DNA from: Octopus sinensis
Lineage: Eukaryota
NCBI RefSeq assembly: GCF_006345805.1
Contig: NC_043000.1
Location: 114,514,001 to 114,578,000 of the forward strand
Length of the DNA: 64,000 nucleotides
Direction of reading: 5' to 3'
This document shows, piece after piece, positions 14,771 to 28,046 of this stretch (position 1 is its first letter; each line of letters opens with the position of its first letter). A program made the translations under genes and the position numbers. The notes beneath the pieces are model-generated. The model saw only the letters and a program-made list of their open reading frames with translations. It did not search any database and had not been told where the DNA came from.

Positions 14771-14953
14771 AAAAGGTACGGCATGACGAAGAGGAATTCC
14801 AGATCTGTGGTGCTGATACCGTGTTGGTAAGAATGTCTTGGAGTGACGGGAATGTTGAGAGATGAGATACTGGAATACCACCTTTCATATTTCAGGGAAC
14901 TCATCATCATATTCTCTCTGACTTCATCAACCATCTATGCCTATAAGCGATCA

Positions 14954-15020
<67 letters not shown>

Positions 15021-15180
15021 GTATCCATCCATCCATCCATCCATCCATCCATCCATCCATCCATCCATCCATCCATCCATCTATCTATCTATCTTTCCAT
15101 TTTTTGTTTCCGAAAAGAAAAGCTCTACATTGTATTTTGTCCCCTTTTTGTTCGGCCCTTAGTGGCTAATAAAGAAACTT
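13850..15180 (+). mobile_element. Three 3' ends of a retroposon (L1/Tx1-like 3' UTR) embedded in (TATC)n
   Basis: aaagaaa(a)gctctac..ttgt....ggctaataaagaaac at ~13895-13960, 14300-14365 and 15112-15180, each followed by TATC repeats. Confidence 0.6.
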
Positions 15181-15203
15181 ATCTATCTATCTATCTATCT
15201 ATC

Positions 15204-15250
<47 letters not shown>

Positions 15251-15288
15251 CTTTCTCTCTTTCTATATAATAATAATAATAATAATGG

Positions 15289-15336
<48 letters not shown>

Positions 15337-15337
<1 letters not shown>

Positions 15338-15630
15338 AGATATGACAGGTTAGCTTGAGAGGTTAAGCAGTGTGTGGTCGCCGAGAAAGGTGATAGTAAT
15401 ACCAATACTTGTCGGAGCCCTGGGAACAGTGAGTAAAAATCTTGAGAAGTACATGGAACAAATAAGGGCTGCAATAATGGTGGAGCATTTGGAGAAAACA
15501 GCACTGCTTGGAACCGCTTGAATACTCCGGAAGGTGCTAGAAAAATAAGAGATGTTACCTTAGTTCACTGGTAGTGAACAGCTGACACTGTAGTACATCT
15601 CCAGCGTTAGAAGCTGTGCAAAGGCAATGA
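15337..15630 (+). mobile_element. 3' end of an R4/Dong-like LINE, same family as 29940-30600
   Basis: YDRLA.EVKQ...LLGTA..LRKVL plus a matching 3' UTR; flanked by (GAT)n/(AAT)n. Confidence 0.85.
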
Positions 15631-15641
15631 TGATAATGATG

Positions 15642-15719
<78 letters not shown>

Positions 15720-16053
15720 GGATTATTACGATGTAGCATTAGCGTTACCTCTAATTCCTTTATGTATACACATCTTCAAATAGACCTACACATGTTTCTA
15801 CTGCATCGATTAGTAACCGTTGCAATTGCAACCTAACTATAACACCGAACATACAAACATGCATATACATACATACATACATACATACATACATACATAC
15901 ATACATACTTACATACTTACATACATACATACACACACACTACAACATACATACATACATACATACATACATACATACATACATACACGCGTACCTACTA
16001 CTACATACATACATACATACATACATACATACATACATACATACATACATACA

Positions 16054-16517
16054 TAGGCGTAGGAGTGGCTGTGTGGTAAGTGGCTTGCTTACGAACCGCA
16101 TTGTTTCGGGTTCAGTCCCACAGCGTGGCACCTTGGGCAAAGCCTTGTGAATGGATTTGGGAGACGGAAACTGAAAGACACCCATCGTATATGTATATAT
16201 ATATATATATAATATATATTATATAAGTGTGTGTGTGTGTGTGTGTGTGTTTGTTGTGTGGTGTGTGTGTGTGTGTGTGTGTCGTGTGTGTGTGTGTGTG
16301 CGTGTGTGTGTGTGTGTATGTTTGTCCCCCCAACATCGCTTGACAACCGATGCTGGTGTGTTTACGTCCCCGTAACCTAGCGGTTCGGCAAAACAGACTG
16401 ATAGAATAAGAACTAGACTTACAAAGAATAAGTCCTGGGGTCGATTTGTTCGACTAAAGGCGGTGCTCCAGCATGGCTGCAGTCAAAAGACTGAAACAAG
16501 TAAAAGAGTAAAAGAGT
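16054..16517 (+). mobile_element. SINE family A (tRNA-like head, internal microsatellite)
   Basis: ggcgtaggagtggctgtgtggtaag head, internal TA/TG tract, tail ggcggtgctccagcatggc..cagtcaaa.gactgaaacaagtaaaagag. Multiple copies in the window. Confidence 0.9.
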
Positions 16518-16996
16518 ATACATACATACATGCATGCATACACACACACACACACACACACACTGACACACACATACACAAATATAAATTTGCAGTCAGT
16601 CATTGTGACTAAGACTTTTCATGGCTTCGACATGACTTGACGAGCTTCTCTGCAGACTGGTCGTCGATTTTCCGCTTCATCCTGCCATTTATTATGTGGA
16701 ATTCTTTTCCACTTCACGTTCCTTTTTGCACCATCTTTCACTTCCATTGTTTCTTTTCTCCTTCTATAGTTGGGAGCAAAGAAGCTGCCTGGGGAGTATG
16801 CGCTTTCCTATCGTGTGCATGTGACCCAACCACCGTAAATTTCTGTCAATGAGGATATATATATATTATAATATATATATACACACACATACATACATAC
16901 ATACATACATACATACATACATACATCATACATACATACATACATACATATATACATACATACATACATATATGTATTTTATGTATTTTATATATA

Positions 16997-17034
<38 letters not shown>

Positions 17035-17035
<1 letters not shown>

Positions 17036-17340
17036 GGAGGCGCAATGGCCCATTGGTCAGGCAGCGGACTCGCGGTTGTAGGATCGCGGTTTCGATTCCC
17101 AGTCCGGGCGTTGTGAGTGTTTAATGAGCGAAAACACCTAAAGCTCCACGATGCTCTGCAGCGGGTGGTGGCGATCCCTGCTGTACTCTTTCCCACAGCT
17201 TTCTCTCACTCTTTCCTCCTGCATCTTGCAGTTCACCTGCGATGGACCGGCGTCCTATCCAGGTGGGGAAACTATACGCGCCAAGGAAACCGGGAAGCCG
17301 GCCCTTATGAGCCAGGCGTGGCTCGAGAAGGAACAAACGA
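17035..17340 (+). mobile_element. SINE family E (tRNA-derived)
   Basis: A/B-box head tggcccattggtcagg...gtttcgattccc; matches 35612-35922 and the reverse complement of 31953-32272. Confidence 0.85.
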
Positions 17341-17362
17341 TGGTTCCTCAAGGATGAAACGA

Positions 17363-17398
<36 letters not shown>

Positions 17399-17407
17399 TA
17401 TATATAT

Positions 17408-17906
17408 AATAGTGTAATAAATAAAATATATGCATACATACAACATATATGTACGTACCTACATCTACATGTATGTATACATGCATATATAAATATATAT
17501 ACGTGTGTACAGGACACCACAAATATACGTAGAACTCAACGAAAACGTAAAAACAGCATGGAACGGACTATTTTTTTAACAACGAAAAAACAGAGTACAA
17601 GACAAATACACAAGGAAAAATCCCCTTCATTAGCTGTCCCTAGTTCAACTCCAGCGTGTTTCGAAGGGACAGCTGATGAAGGGGATTTTTCCTTGTGTAG
17701 TTGTCTTGTACTCAGTTTTTTCGTTGTTAAAAAAATGGTCCGTTCCATGCTGTTTTTACGTTTTCGTTTCTCGTTGAGTTCTACGTATATTTGTGGTGTC
17801 CTGTACACACGTATATATATTTATATATGCATGTATATATACATGTAGATGTAGGTACGTACATATATGTTTGTATGTATGCATATATTTTATTTATTAC
17901 ACTATT
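17408..17906. repeat. Long inverted repeat P1 (arms 17408-17641 and 17665-17906) of an H2-related repeat
   Basis: Arms are near-perfect reverse complements with a 23-nt spacer; CTGATGA at the start of the right arm. Confidence 0.9.
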
Positions 17907-18157
17907 GTATGACTGGGCGCCTTCGCTCGATTCGATTCGATTCGTTTGGTTTGGTTTGGTTTCTTCTTCTCTAAGCTGGTTTATATATTATATATATATA
18001 TATATATTTATATAAATACAAAATGGGACAAGAACGCAAAACTTCAAATAGACGATACAAAAACACGGACGAGTCATTCGAAGCGTCTAATCTTCAGTCA
18101 AGACCGGATCATCCTCGCAATATATATATATTATATATATAATATATTATATTATAT

Positions 18158-18190
<33 letters not shown>

Positions 18191-18199
18191 ATATATATA

Positions 18200-19352
18200 T
18201 TGTGGCATAGCTGGAAAACTTGGAGTGTGGTTACATGACTTCCTGAAAGATAGGAGTCAGGCAGTAGTGGTTAATGGAGCCACCTCTATGAACACACAAA
18301 TAGTGAGCGGTGTTCCACAGGGCACTGTCTTGGGATCACTGCTTTCTATAGTGGCCCTCTCAGGTATGCCCTCAAATGCCCGGATAGCCACTCTGGCCAG
18401 CTATGCAGACGATACGAAAGTCTCGTAGAAAATACAGAACCCCAGCGATGTTGCACACCTGCAGCAGGAGTTGGACTCAATCTACAGATGGGCTGAGGAT
18501 AATAATATGCAGTTTAATGCTGAAAAATTCCAGGTCTTGCGCTACCAGCATCCAAAACTGAATATTAAACTTACAGGATACACCGGTCCACAGGGAATTT
18601 CAATCCCAGAGCCTAAGTCTGTGAGGGACCTGCGTATCGACATGAGTGATGATACCTCTTTCCAAGTGCACATTATCAGGATAGCGACAAAGTGCAGACA
18701 ACTGGCTGGGTGGATCCTAAGAACATTCAGAACCAGAGATAAGGAAACCATGATGGTCCTCTGGCGGACATTCGTCCTCAGCCGCCTGGATTACTGCTCA
18801 CAGCTATGGTCAACCACCAGTGTAAAATTAACAGCGGACCTTGAAGCAATCCAGAGAAGATTCACAAAGAAGATTGTCTCTTTGCAACAGCTCAGCTACT
18901 GGAAAAGTTTGAAACAGCTAAGACTCTACTCCCTGAAGAGAAGACGGGAGAGGTATGCAGTAATATATGTCTGGAAGATCCTGGAAGGAATTGTGTTAAA
19001 TTTTGGCATTGTAAACTACACCAATGCTAGAACGGGACGACACTGCATAGTGTCAAAGATCCCAGCAATGCCATCACGCTTCAGGACCAGCTTCTGCAAC
19101 AGCCTGGTTTTCTCCCAAAGAGTCTGAGGAACATGCACGAAGTAGATGTAGCGGTTTTTAAATCAAAGCTGGACATCTTCCTGTCAAGAGTCCCAGATGA
19201 ACCTACCTCACGGCAAGAGGTGCAAATGAGAGTAGCTACGTCAAACTCCATTCTTCACCAAGTGCCACATATTAGAGGAGGTTCTTCGTAATAACAGTGT
19301 AGCACAAAACGGTGGTGCATCAGCATGGCCGCAGCTCTGAGCTGAAACTAGA
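18200..19352 (+). mobile_element. 5'-truncated CR1-group LINE (RT C-terminus and 3' tail)
   Basis: SGVPQGTVLG, YADDTK, LSRLDYCSQLWS and LRLYSLKRRRERY, with stops/frameshift; ends gctgaaactagAAAA. Confidence 0.9.
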
Positions 19353-19377
19353 AAAAAAAAAATATATATATGTATGT

Positions 19378-19580
19378 ATGTGACCTCGTCTGTACCACTA
19401 GCGATTTTTTTCCCTCTGTCTTCCCTTCTCGGGATCTTTCCTTCTCCTATGTTTCCGACGAAGAGCTCCGCTCGAAACGTCAAACCCTCCTTCTTCCCTT
19501 CTTTCCTGAGCGTCAAATAATACTTTATTTGTTCCACGTCCTTGCGTTGTTGTCTTTTTGTTTTCTTGTTTGGATTAACT
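19378..19580 (+). mobile_element. Family H1 copy with HHR variant at 19451-19485
   Basis: guuu CCGACGA a GAGCuccGCUC GAAA cg UC aaac; perfect stem I but a U4C core change. Confidence 0.75.
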
Positions 19581-20001
19581 GTGGCTTCTATTCTTTACAT
19601 TATCGAGCGATTACTGTTTCAATCTCATTCTGAGATTTAATTATGCTTACTGTTCGTTTTTCGACATCAGTGGCAGACGCCACTAGAAAAACTTATATAT
19701 ATTTGCAAAGCAGCCTTCACTTTCATCGCGACCTGGTGGTTACCGCCCGTTGACGAGGGACAACATCCCGAAACTAGTTCGAGCGTATCACTCAGGCTTG
19801 CCAGGAAGGGAGGGCCTCCCTTTGCAAATACTCCAAGGACACTGATATTGTGTCTAAGCAGCCCTAGAGACGACGATCTCTTGGGGCTATAAAGCTACAG
19901 TAACACCCCCTCCCCTATGTGGTTAGCCATGATAAGATGGCTTCTATACTTTACATTATCGAGCGATTACTGTTCAATCTCATTCTGAGATTTAATTATG
20001 C

Positions 20002-20002
<1 letters not shown>
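19581..20002 (+). mobile_element. Terminally redundant 356-nt non-coding unit containing an HHR (retrozyme/pLTR-like)
   Basis: ~65-bp direct repeat at 19582-19647 and 19938-20002, with the HHR at 19744-19785. Confidence 0.7.
19744..19785 (+). ncRNA. Type I hammerhead motif
   Basis: cgcccg UUGACGA GGGA caaca UCCC GAAA cuag UU cgagcg; palindromic stem III ACUAGU; U3-G8 wobble. Confidence 0.7.
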
Positions 20003-20033
<31 letters not shown>

Positions 20034-20089
20034 ATATATATATATTAATATAATATATATATATACTATTATAGTATATTAATATATAT

Positions 20090-20130
<41 letters not shown>

Positions 20131-20929
20131 AGTGTACATATTTGTATATAAAGGAATATAGAAGAAACGAGTGATGGGCTATTTAAAGATTTCTACACTA
20201 TATTTTTCCTCCCCTATTCATCATAAATACACACACACACACACACGCACACACACACACGCACGCACACACACACACACACACCACACACACACGTTCA
20301 CACACAGTGAGACAATAGCACAATGTATTTTTACAACTGTGAGCACTGTAAGCTGTCTCTGCTCACAGTCCTATGTTAAGGCTCTGAGTGAATCTCTCCT
20401 ACTGTACTTGCTTTGTGTTGATGGTGGTCGTGATTGTGTGAGTGTATGTGTGGGAGGGAGGTGGTAGGGTGTGGTCGGGTAAGAGCGATGCTGAGTTGTT
20501 GGACTGAGGTGGGCTCGGCTGTCTTTGATGTTGTAAATATAGTTTCGTTCAGGTGACTATGAATATGTATATGTTGATCCATCCCTAAAACACTCCCTCC
20601 CCAGCCTATCAACACTCACCACATGAATAAGTTGATATATAAGGTATATAAGTATATTAATGCTTATTAAGGTATATAAGTAAGATATATATGAATATTA
20701 ATATAAGGCCAAATATATATCCATACATAAATCCGAGGGTTAAAATTTGTTGATTTTAAAGAGGAGCTTTATGCAGTAAAGTGGAAAAAAGATAAATATG
20801 TAGTCAAATGGGTTAGACATGGATGCAAATGCAAGTGATTAAATAAAATAAATAAGTAAATAATATTGTATCAATATTTTGAGAATACAAATTTAGTCCT
20901 ATGAATACAAGACCGTTGCGTTGATCGCG

Positions 20930-21260
20930 AAGGTTAAGAATAGGGTATCTCGCCAAGAGAATAATAAATTTTTCCTTTAGGCATAAACGACATTTACTCA
21001 CATTTAATTGATAAGAAGGTGTGGAAGTTAGTATTTCCCATTTAAAATCATACTGTATATTCTTATCTTTTAGCTCCCAAATAAATTTACTCCGACCAGT
21101 GGAAGCAATTCTACGTCTATTTCTGAATGAATAGATGTGAGAGGCTAACGTTTCTTGATCTCATTCTGCGTCGAACCTATATAACAACTCTTCATTCACT
21201 GTGCCGTTACTATACATTGATATACTACGCTTTTACGCTTACATGCATTTCTAAATAAGC
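20930..21260 (-). mobile_element. Penelope-like GIY-YIG endonuclease fragment
   Basis: CKRKSVVYQCIV..CYIGSTQNEIKKR...SKFIWELKDK...KWEIL...KCRLCLKEKFII. Confidence 0.8.
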
Positions 21261-21624
21261 TGTTACCTTTAATTCTATAAGCACAGTTATTAGGTGTAAC
21301 ATTGGCTTCAGGAATATTAGGTGACTGGTCCATATTATGAGAAGATGCATTGCTCTGTAAAAATGAGTTATTGGCATTAATTCTTGATTTGGGGTTATCT
21401 ATGGGGGGTGGGAGTGGATTAATAGTATTATAGATATTTACATTCCTGTTAGAATCCCTTCTATTTATATAGAATAAATCCAATTTCCTATTGTTTAAAG
21501 ATAATAGTAGCCAGATTCTGGGTTAAACTATACCCTATTTTGATAGTTTTAGTATTAATAATTTCATATTTATTGTTATTGTTGAAACGCAACTTTTGTT
21601 AAAACTTGACCCTTTCGTGTTGGA

Positions 21625-21725
<101 letters not shown>

Positions 21726-22029
21726 GACTGCCTGTCTCTCTGCCTGTCTGTCTGTCTATTTATACATACATACGTACATAAATACATACATACAAACTTT
21801 CTCACTTCCCGAGGGTTAAACTAATACATCTGTTTGTTGTTTACACAACTGTCTTCGTCTTTTGTTTTTTGTAAATTCTCGCCAAATATATAAGTGTGTG
21901 TGTGTGCGTATATGCACACACACATATATATATTATATACATACATACATATAATATATATTTACATACATATATACATATGTATATACACACATGCATA
22001 TATATATATGCATATACATACATATATAT

Positions 22030-22453
22030 ATAAAATACAAAATGGGACAAGAACGCAAAACATCCGGACAACTAGGTGATACAAAAATGGACAACAAACA
22101 TCCAGATAGACGATACAAAAAAAAACAAAATACGGACGGGTCATTCAAACCCTTTTATCTTCAGTCAAGAACCGGATCATCCTCGCAATTTCGGCTGATT
22201 AATCTTGAGATTGCTCCAATCTGGCCAGCCCCAAGGCAAAACTAACCTAAGAGCATTAGATTCCTTGGAAAAAAAACTTCGAATGTATACGAAACAAGAA
22301 CGGAAAATCATACGAGGTTACACGAATATAAATACAAAAATACAATAAAAAAACAATAATAATAATAACAGGACATAACAACAGACGTCTTTCGACTGGG
22401 GACGAATTGAATTCAGCTGGCGTGTGTGGAAATGAAGCCTTACGGTAGAGGGA

Positions 22454-22455
<2 letters not shown>
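22030..22455 (-). mobile_element. Penelope-like non-coding repeat; partial copy at 18015-18120
   Basis: Shared tacaaaatgggacaagaacgcaaaac...tcttcagtcaaga.ccggatcatcctcgcaa. Confidence 0.6.
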
Positions 22456-22541
<86 letters not shown>

Positions 22542-23089
22542 CTCTCTATATATATATATAAACTCGTACATTCCTATAAACTCGTACACACGCGCATACG
22601 CAGACGGACTGGACCAGAGTTAAAGATAAAAGTGTGAGACGGAAAGTGGAGAGAGAGAGAGGGCCGTTGTATTTGGTGCAGTGTGGAGTATCTGGAAGGA
22701 GCGGGCAGTTGGGTCACTACGCAAGCACGACATGGCTGTTTTCTCTCAATCTCTCTCTCCCTCTCTTCCTCCCTCCCTCCCTCTCTCTCGCTCGTTCGCT
22801 CGCTCGTGCACGAGCAGTCTAACTCTCTGCAGTAATCACTTTGTATTAGTCTCCCTCTCTTTGTCTTTATTCTGATGTAATTTCTGACTACGACATAGAG
22901 AGAGAGAGAGAGTGTGTGGGGGCGGGAGAGCAGGAAGACTTATGATGTTATGATATAAGACGGCTGTTAAGAAGTAAGACTCATCTCTCCAACGGTAATT
23001 GTGTAATAGAAAACATGGCTGCCATCGTTGTTGTTACAGGCAGTGGTGGGGAAGTGCATACAGATGTGTGTGCATCTGTGTGTGTCTGT

Positions 23090-23670
23090 GGAGATGTGTG
23101 TGTGTTGTGTGTGTGTTGTGCGTGTGTTGTGTGTGTTTTGTGTGTGTGTGTTGTGTGTGTGTTATGTGTGTGTTGCGTGTATGTTCTGTGTGTGTGTTGT
23201 GTGTTGTGTGTGTGTTGTGTGTGTGTGTTGTGTGTGTTTTGTGAGTGTGTGTTGTGTGTGTGTGTGTGTGTGATGTGTGGTGTGTGTCGTGTGTGTATGT
23301 TGTGTGTGTGTGTTGTGTGTGTTTTGTGTGTGTGTGTGTGTGTTGTTGTGTGTGTGTTGTGTGTGTGTTGTGTGTGTGTGTGTTGTGTGTGTGTTGTGTG
23401 TGTGTGTTGTGTGTGTGTTGTGTATGTGTGTGTTGTGTGTGTGTTGTGTGTGTGTGTTGTGTGTGTGTTGTGTATGTGTGTGTTGTGTGGTGTGTGTGTG
23501 TTGTGTATGTGTGTTGTGTGTGTGTTGTGTGTGTGTGTGTTGTGTAGTGTGTGTGTTGTGTGTGTGTTGTGTGTGTGTGTGTGTTGTGTGTTTGTGTTGT
23601 GTGTGTGTTGTGTGTGTGTGTGTGTGTTGTGTGTCTGTGTGTTGTGTGTCTGTGTGTTGTGTGTCTGTGA
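23090..23670. repeat. Complex (TG)n/TTG low-complexity tract
   Basis: Seen directly; source of the spurious CV/HT ORFs. Confidence 0.95.
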
Positions 23671-23943
23671 CATCCACTCCTACAACTAGTAAGGCAGAGC
23701 AACGATATCCTGTGGTGACGGTGTTGGTAGTGGTGGTGGTGGTGGTGGGTGTCTTGTTTTGTCCCAAGCCAGCCCTGAAATGTATATGGTATGAGCGTTG
23801 ATCAAATACGTTCCGGACATGACCACATCGTCATCTTCAAATAGTATATCCAGGACAACACTGTCTGATGTGTCCTTCCGCTTTTCAAGACGACAAAGCG
23901 AAATTTGAGGGAGAGTCCGCAGCTATTTCTAGTATGTGACGTG

Positions 23944-24043
23944 NNNNNNNNNNNNNNNNNNNNNNNNNNNNNNNNNNNNNNNNNNNNNNNNNNNNNNNNN
24001 NNNNNNNNNNNNNNNNNNNNNNNNNNNNNNNNNNNNNNNNNNN
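23944..24043. other. Assembly gap (100 N)
   Basis: Run of N. Confidence 1.
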
Positions 24044-24980
24044 GTCAATGAAAAGCAGACCGAACTCAACTCCAGTCTGATCTATATGCTGTGAGTCAAT
24101 GGGGCAGACAGAAACAAAATGCAACTGAATGAGGGAAAATTTGAGCTGATGCATTTTGGAGAAAATTCCTCACTAAACAACAGCCATACTCTCTTCCTTC
24201 AAGGGACCGCTCACAGCCTCTAACAATATCAGAGACCTGGGTGTAATTGTTAATGACGATCTCAGTTGGAGTGCACACATCAACAAGAAGGTCGATATAG
24301 CTCGTAGGATGAGTTCCTGGATCTTAAGAACTTTCCGGTCCAGAGAACAAGGTGTCATCATACCACTTTTCTCCTCCTTTGTATGGCCACACCTCGAATA
24401 TTGCTGCCCACTGTGGTCTCCCCATACAAGACAAAACATCTCCAGGATTGAGTCACTCTAGAGGGCACTCACTAAACGAATTGAAGGCATGGCTGCTCTC
24501 GATTATTGGGATCGCCTTAAAGCCTTGAAACTTTACTCTCTCCAGCGTCGCCGTGAGCGGTACATCATTTGTACGATGTGGAGAATTATACCGCCAACTT
24601 TGCCCAACGACCTTAACATTAGCTTCAAGGTTCATCCAAGACTGGGACCACGGCCATACGTCCCCTGCCCAATTCAAGATCACAACATACATGTACACTG
24701 CAACATAATTTCTTTCTCACAACGCCCTGCCCTATTTAACATTGTCCCGAGGAGATCAAAGAGGAAAGGATCCCATCAACTTTAAACGGAGTCTGGATAG
24801 ATTCCTTCAAAGAATACCAGATAAGCCACCCATAATTGGATACAACTCACGTAACAAGAACTCCTACTTGAATGGACCATAAGAAAACTTGACTTAACAG
24901 GATTCGAATAATCCTATCAGGTGGTGTGGTGCTATTAAGTTTACATGGCCTGGACCAATCTTTGGTCGAACATATCTAAG
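24044..24980 (+). mobile_element. CR1-group LINE 3' fragment (second family)
   Basis: IRDLGVIVNDDLSWSAHI, PHLEYCCPLWSPH and LKLYSLQRRRERY. Confidence 0.9.
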
Positions 24981-25048
24981 TTTATTATTATCTAAGTTTA
25001 TATATATATATATATTATATATATATATAATATATATATATATATAGT

Positions 25049-25085
<37 letters not shown>

Positions 25086-25468
25086 CATATATATATGTAT
25101 ATGTAAATATATATATATGTATGTATATATATTATATATATATGTAAATATATATATATATATATAAATATATATACATACATATATATACATATACATA
25201 TATATATATGTATATGTATATATATATATTGTATAATATCTATATATTATATATTATATATATATAAATATATACATATATATATATATATATCTTATAT
25301 ATATATAATATATATATATGTATATATATATATGTATATATATGGTATATATGCATATATGTATATATCCCTACTATATCTCTCTCTCTCTCTCTCTGTG
25401 TCTCTCTCTGTCTCTGTCTCTCTCTCTCCTCTCTCTCTCTATTATATATATATATATATATATATATA

Positions 25469-26324
25469 CTATGTGGGTGGAAAGTATCTAGGCATTGCTT
25501 ATAGAATTTTAGTATCACTGAAGTCATGATGAAAACATTTTTCAACAGACAACACTAATGGGGATTTCTTATTTTCTTATTGTCTTATTTTTTTATTTTC
25601 CAGATGACCGGTCGCTTGACTGTCCAGGAGCGAGCTAAGAAGGGTGGAATTCCATTGTTTTGGTTCAGAGATGGTGGCGTGCATAGAAAGATAAGCATGC
25701 AACGCTACGTCCGGAGACAATAAAAAGTTTTCATGCAAAGCTGGTGAGCACGGGCTCTGTGAACGATGCAAGTAGTGGCCGTCCAACCACACCCCGATTA
25801 GGAGGGAACGTGGCATCAGTACAAGAAACCTTTAATAGCAGCCCGCAAAAATCAACGCGTCAAGCAGCTCGTGAGAGTGAACACAATACATACGGTGTTG
25901 CACAAAGAACTGAACTTTCGTCCGTAGAAACCCCATTACGTGCAGGAGCTAGAACCTAATGGGACGACACGGACCTCATGAATGGCCTCCGAGAATTCCA
26001 GATCTCACACCATGTGATTTTTACCTGTGGGTTTACGTAAAAGGGGAGGTGTACAAGATAAAACCTCGCACACTGGAGGAGTTGGAGACACGCATTCATG
26101 AGGTTCTCAGTGATATCTCAGACGACATCCTTAAGGTTGTTCATTCTATCCCTGGCCGTTTGATGAAACTAGTTGATGCCACTGGTGTTTACGTCGAAAT
26201 ATGAAGATTTACTTTCATATTCTCATGTAATAAAGAACTTGTATCATTTGTTTCAATAAATTTGTAAAAGGAATATCAATTTTATTACCAATTTTTAATG
26301 CTTACTTACTTTTCACCCACTCTG
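25469..26324 (+). mobile_element. Internally deleted Tc1/mariner DNA transposon
   Basis: Imperfect TIRs ctatgtgggtggaaagta..gcatt / aatgc..tacttttcacccactctg flanked by TA. Transposase remnants TGSV...SGRP, SPQKSTRQAA and WPPRIPDLTPCDFYLW. Confidence 0.85.
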
Positions 26325-26447
26325 TATATACGTATGTGTGGATGTATGTATGTATATATGTATATATATATACATATATATATAAACATAAACATACACA
26401 TAGACATATGTGTGTGTATATTATATATGCATATGTATATATATATT

Positions 26448-26499
<52 letters not shown>

Positions 26500-26623
26500 C
26501 TCTCTGTCTTTGAAAACCCACACTCTTGTTTACTACTTCCGCCTTTCCAGTATGTTGACCTCGTGAGACCACTTGCATTTTTTTCCCACTGTCCTCCCAC
26601 CTCGGGATCTTTCTTTCTCCTAT

Positions 26624-26658
26624 GTTTCTGACGAAGAGCTCCGCTCGAAACGTCATAC
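26624..26658 (+). ncRNA. Minimal type I hammerhead motif (H1) with intact core, inside repeat ~26500-26755
   Basis: guuu CUGACGA a GAGC ucc GCUC GAAA cg UC auac; ACGU palindromic stem III; predicted cut after C26654. Confidence 0.75.
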
Positions 26659-26751
26659 CCTCCTTCTTCCCTTTTTTCCTGAGCGCCTAATAATACTTTA
26701 ATTGTTCCACCTCCTTGCGTTGATGTCTTTTTTGTTTTCTTGTTTGGATTA

Positions 26752-26786
<35 letters not shown>

Positions 26787-27056
26787 AAATAAGGATACAG
26801 ATAGAATCAGGTACTTGAAAAGATATGCACCAGTAAGGGTTGGATAAACCTGTGGTTCCGGCCTATGGTTGGTAAGTATCAAATACGATATTCCGGTTGC
26901 GTACACAGAGAAAACCAATTCTTTGAAGTATTTGGATGTACGTTTGTTTATATCATTTATCCATCGTTTTATTATTTGATTATATATATATATATATATT
27001 ATATATATATATATATATATTATAATATTATTATATATGTGTGTGTGTGTGTGTGT

Positions 27057-27095
<39 letters not shown>

Positions 27096-27147
27096 ATACT
27101 AATAAACTTGCTTGTTCTTCATAAACCTGTTTTCGTTTTGTTTTTAT

Positions 27148-27221
<74 letters not shown>

Positions 27222-27446
27222 GATATATATGTAACAGTATGTATGTATGTGGAGCAAATCGTAAAAGGCGACAATATGACGTAATGGTCGTTTGTCCGAA
27301 CAAGCATAATTGTTGGTAATCCCATTCGTTAAAATTACTGCTCATATACGAATTGTAAACTTTCGTCAAAGAAATCTTTCACGAAGTACGGTTCTTAGAA
27401 TTTGGATATGAGCAGTTATAAAAACCCTGAATTTTGGGAAATTACC

Positions 27447-27567
27447 CAGTGATCGTAGGATGTTACTAAACTCCACAACACTCACAACAGTGATCGTTGA
27501 ATGTTACTAAACTCCACGACACTCACAACAGTGATCGTTGAATGTTACTAAACCCCACGACACTCAC
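27447..27567. repeat. 41-bp minisatellite, ~3 copies
   Basis: cagtgatcgttgaatgttactaaactccacgacactcacaa at 27447, 27488 and 27529. Confidence 0.9.
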
Positions 27568-28046
27568 TCCTTGAGATATTGGCTATTTTTTATGCCATGT
27601 TTGTGGCTTAAATCCAACAAGACTTATTTGAATTGTTGTGAACTCTAGTAGTTAGAATGAAGGATTAGCTAGTGTGAATTTTAAGTCGTAATTCTCTACG
27701 ACAAAATAACTTTACTTGCCAGTTGAACTATAAATGCTAAATGTACATAAATAAACTAATGCAGTAATTATTTTCTCTTTCTTCACGTTCTTCAGCTTGT
27801 TAATAAAATTTATTCCTGCAACTATAAAACTGTGTATTTTTTTATAGCGGCTAAAAGAACACGAATTTATTTATACATGCACGTATAAAATGTCCGTTAG
27901 CGTTTCAGAGTAAATATTTCTCACTATGGCGTTTATGTAGCTGGAGTCAGGATTTATGCATAACGATAACACTTATCAGTAAATTATAAGTGACGGGTTT
28001 ATCAATATATATTCTTACTTCAAAAGTAAAATATATTTATTATCTA

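Noticed and set aside
17035-17110. tRNA-like sequences here and at 35615, 44395-44466, 50810 and 55260
   Set aside because: No complete cloverleaf; each continues into a SINE body.
17117-17848. 243-aa ORF
   Set aside because: Chance read-through of a SINE, a TA tract and palindrome P1.
26800-26895. UUGAAAA gau...auc followed by AAA, a possible U3-A8 HHR
   Set aside because: GAAA, stem III and stem I are not recoverable.
27447-27567. Short direct repeats that might suggest a CRISPR array (also 31291-31395)
   Set aside because: Head-to-tail repeats with no spacers and no cas genes, in a eukaryotic context.
27715-27825. Minus-strand QAEEREEREN segment after a possible acceptor, as the next host exon
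   Set aside because: In-frame stops in the required phase and no good donor.
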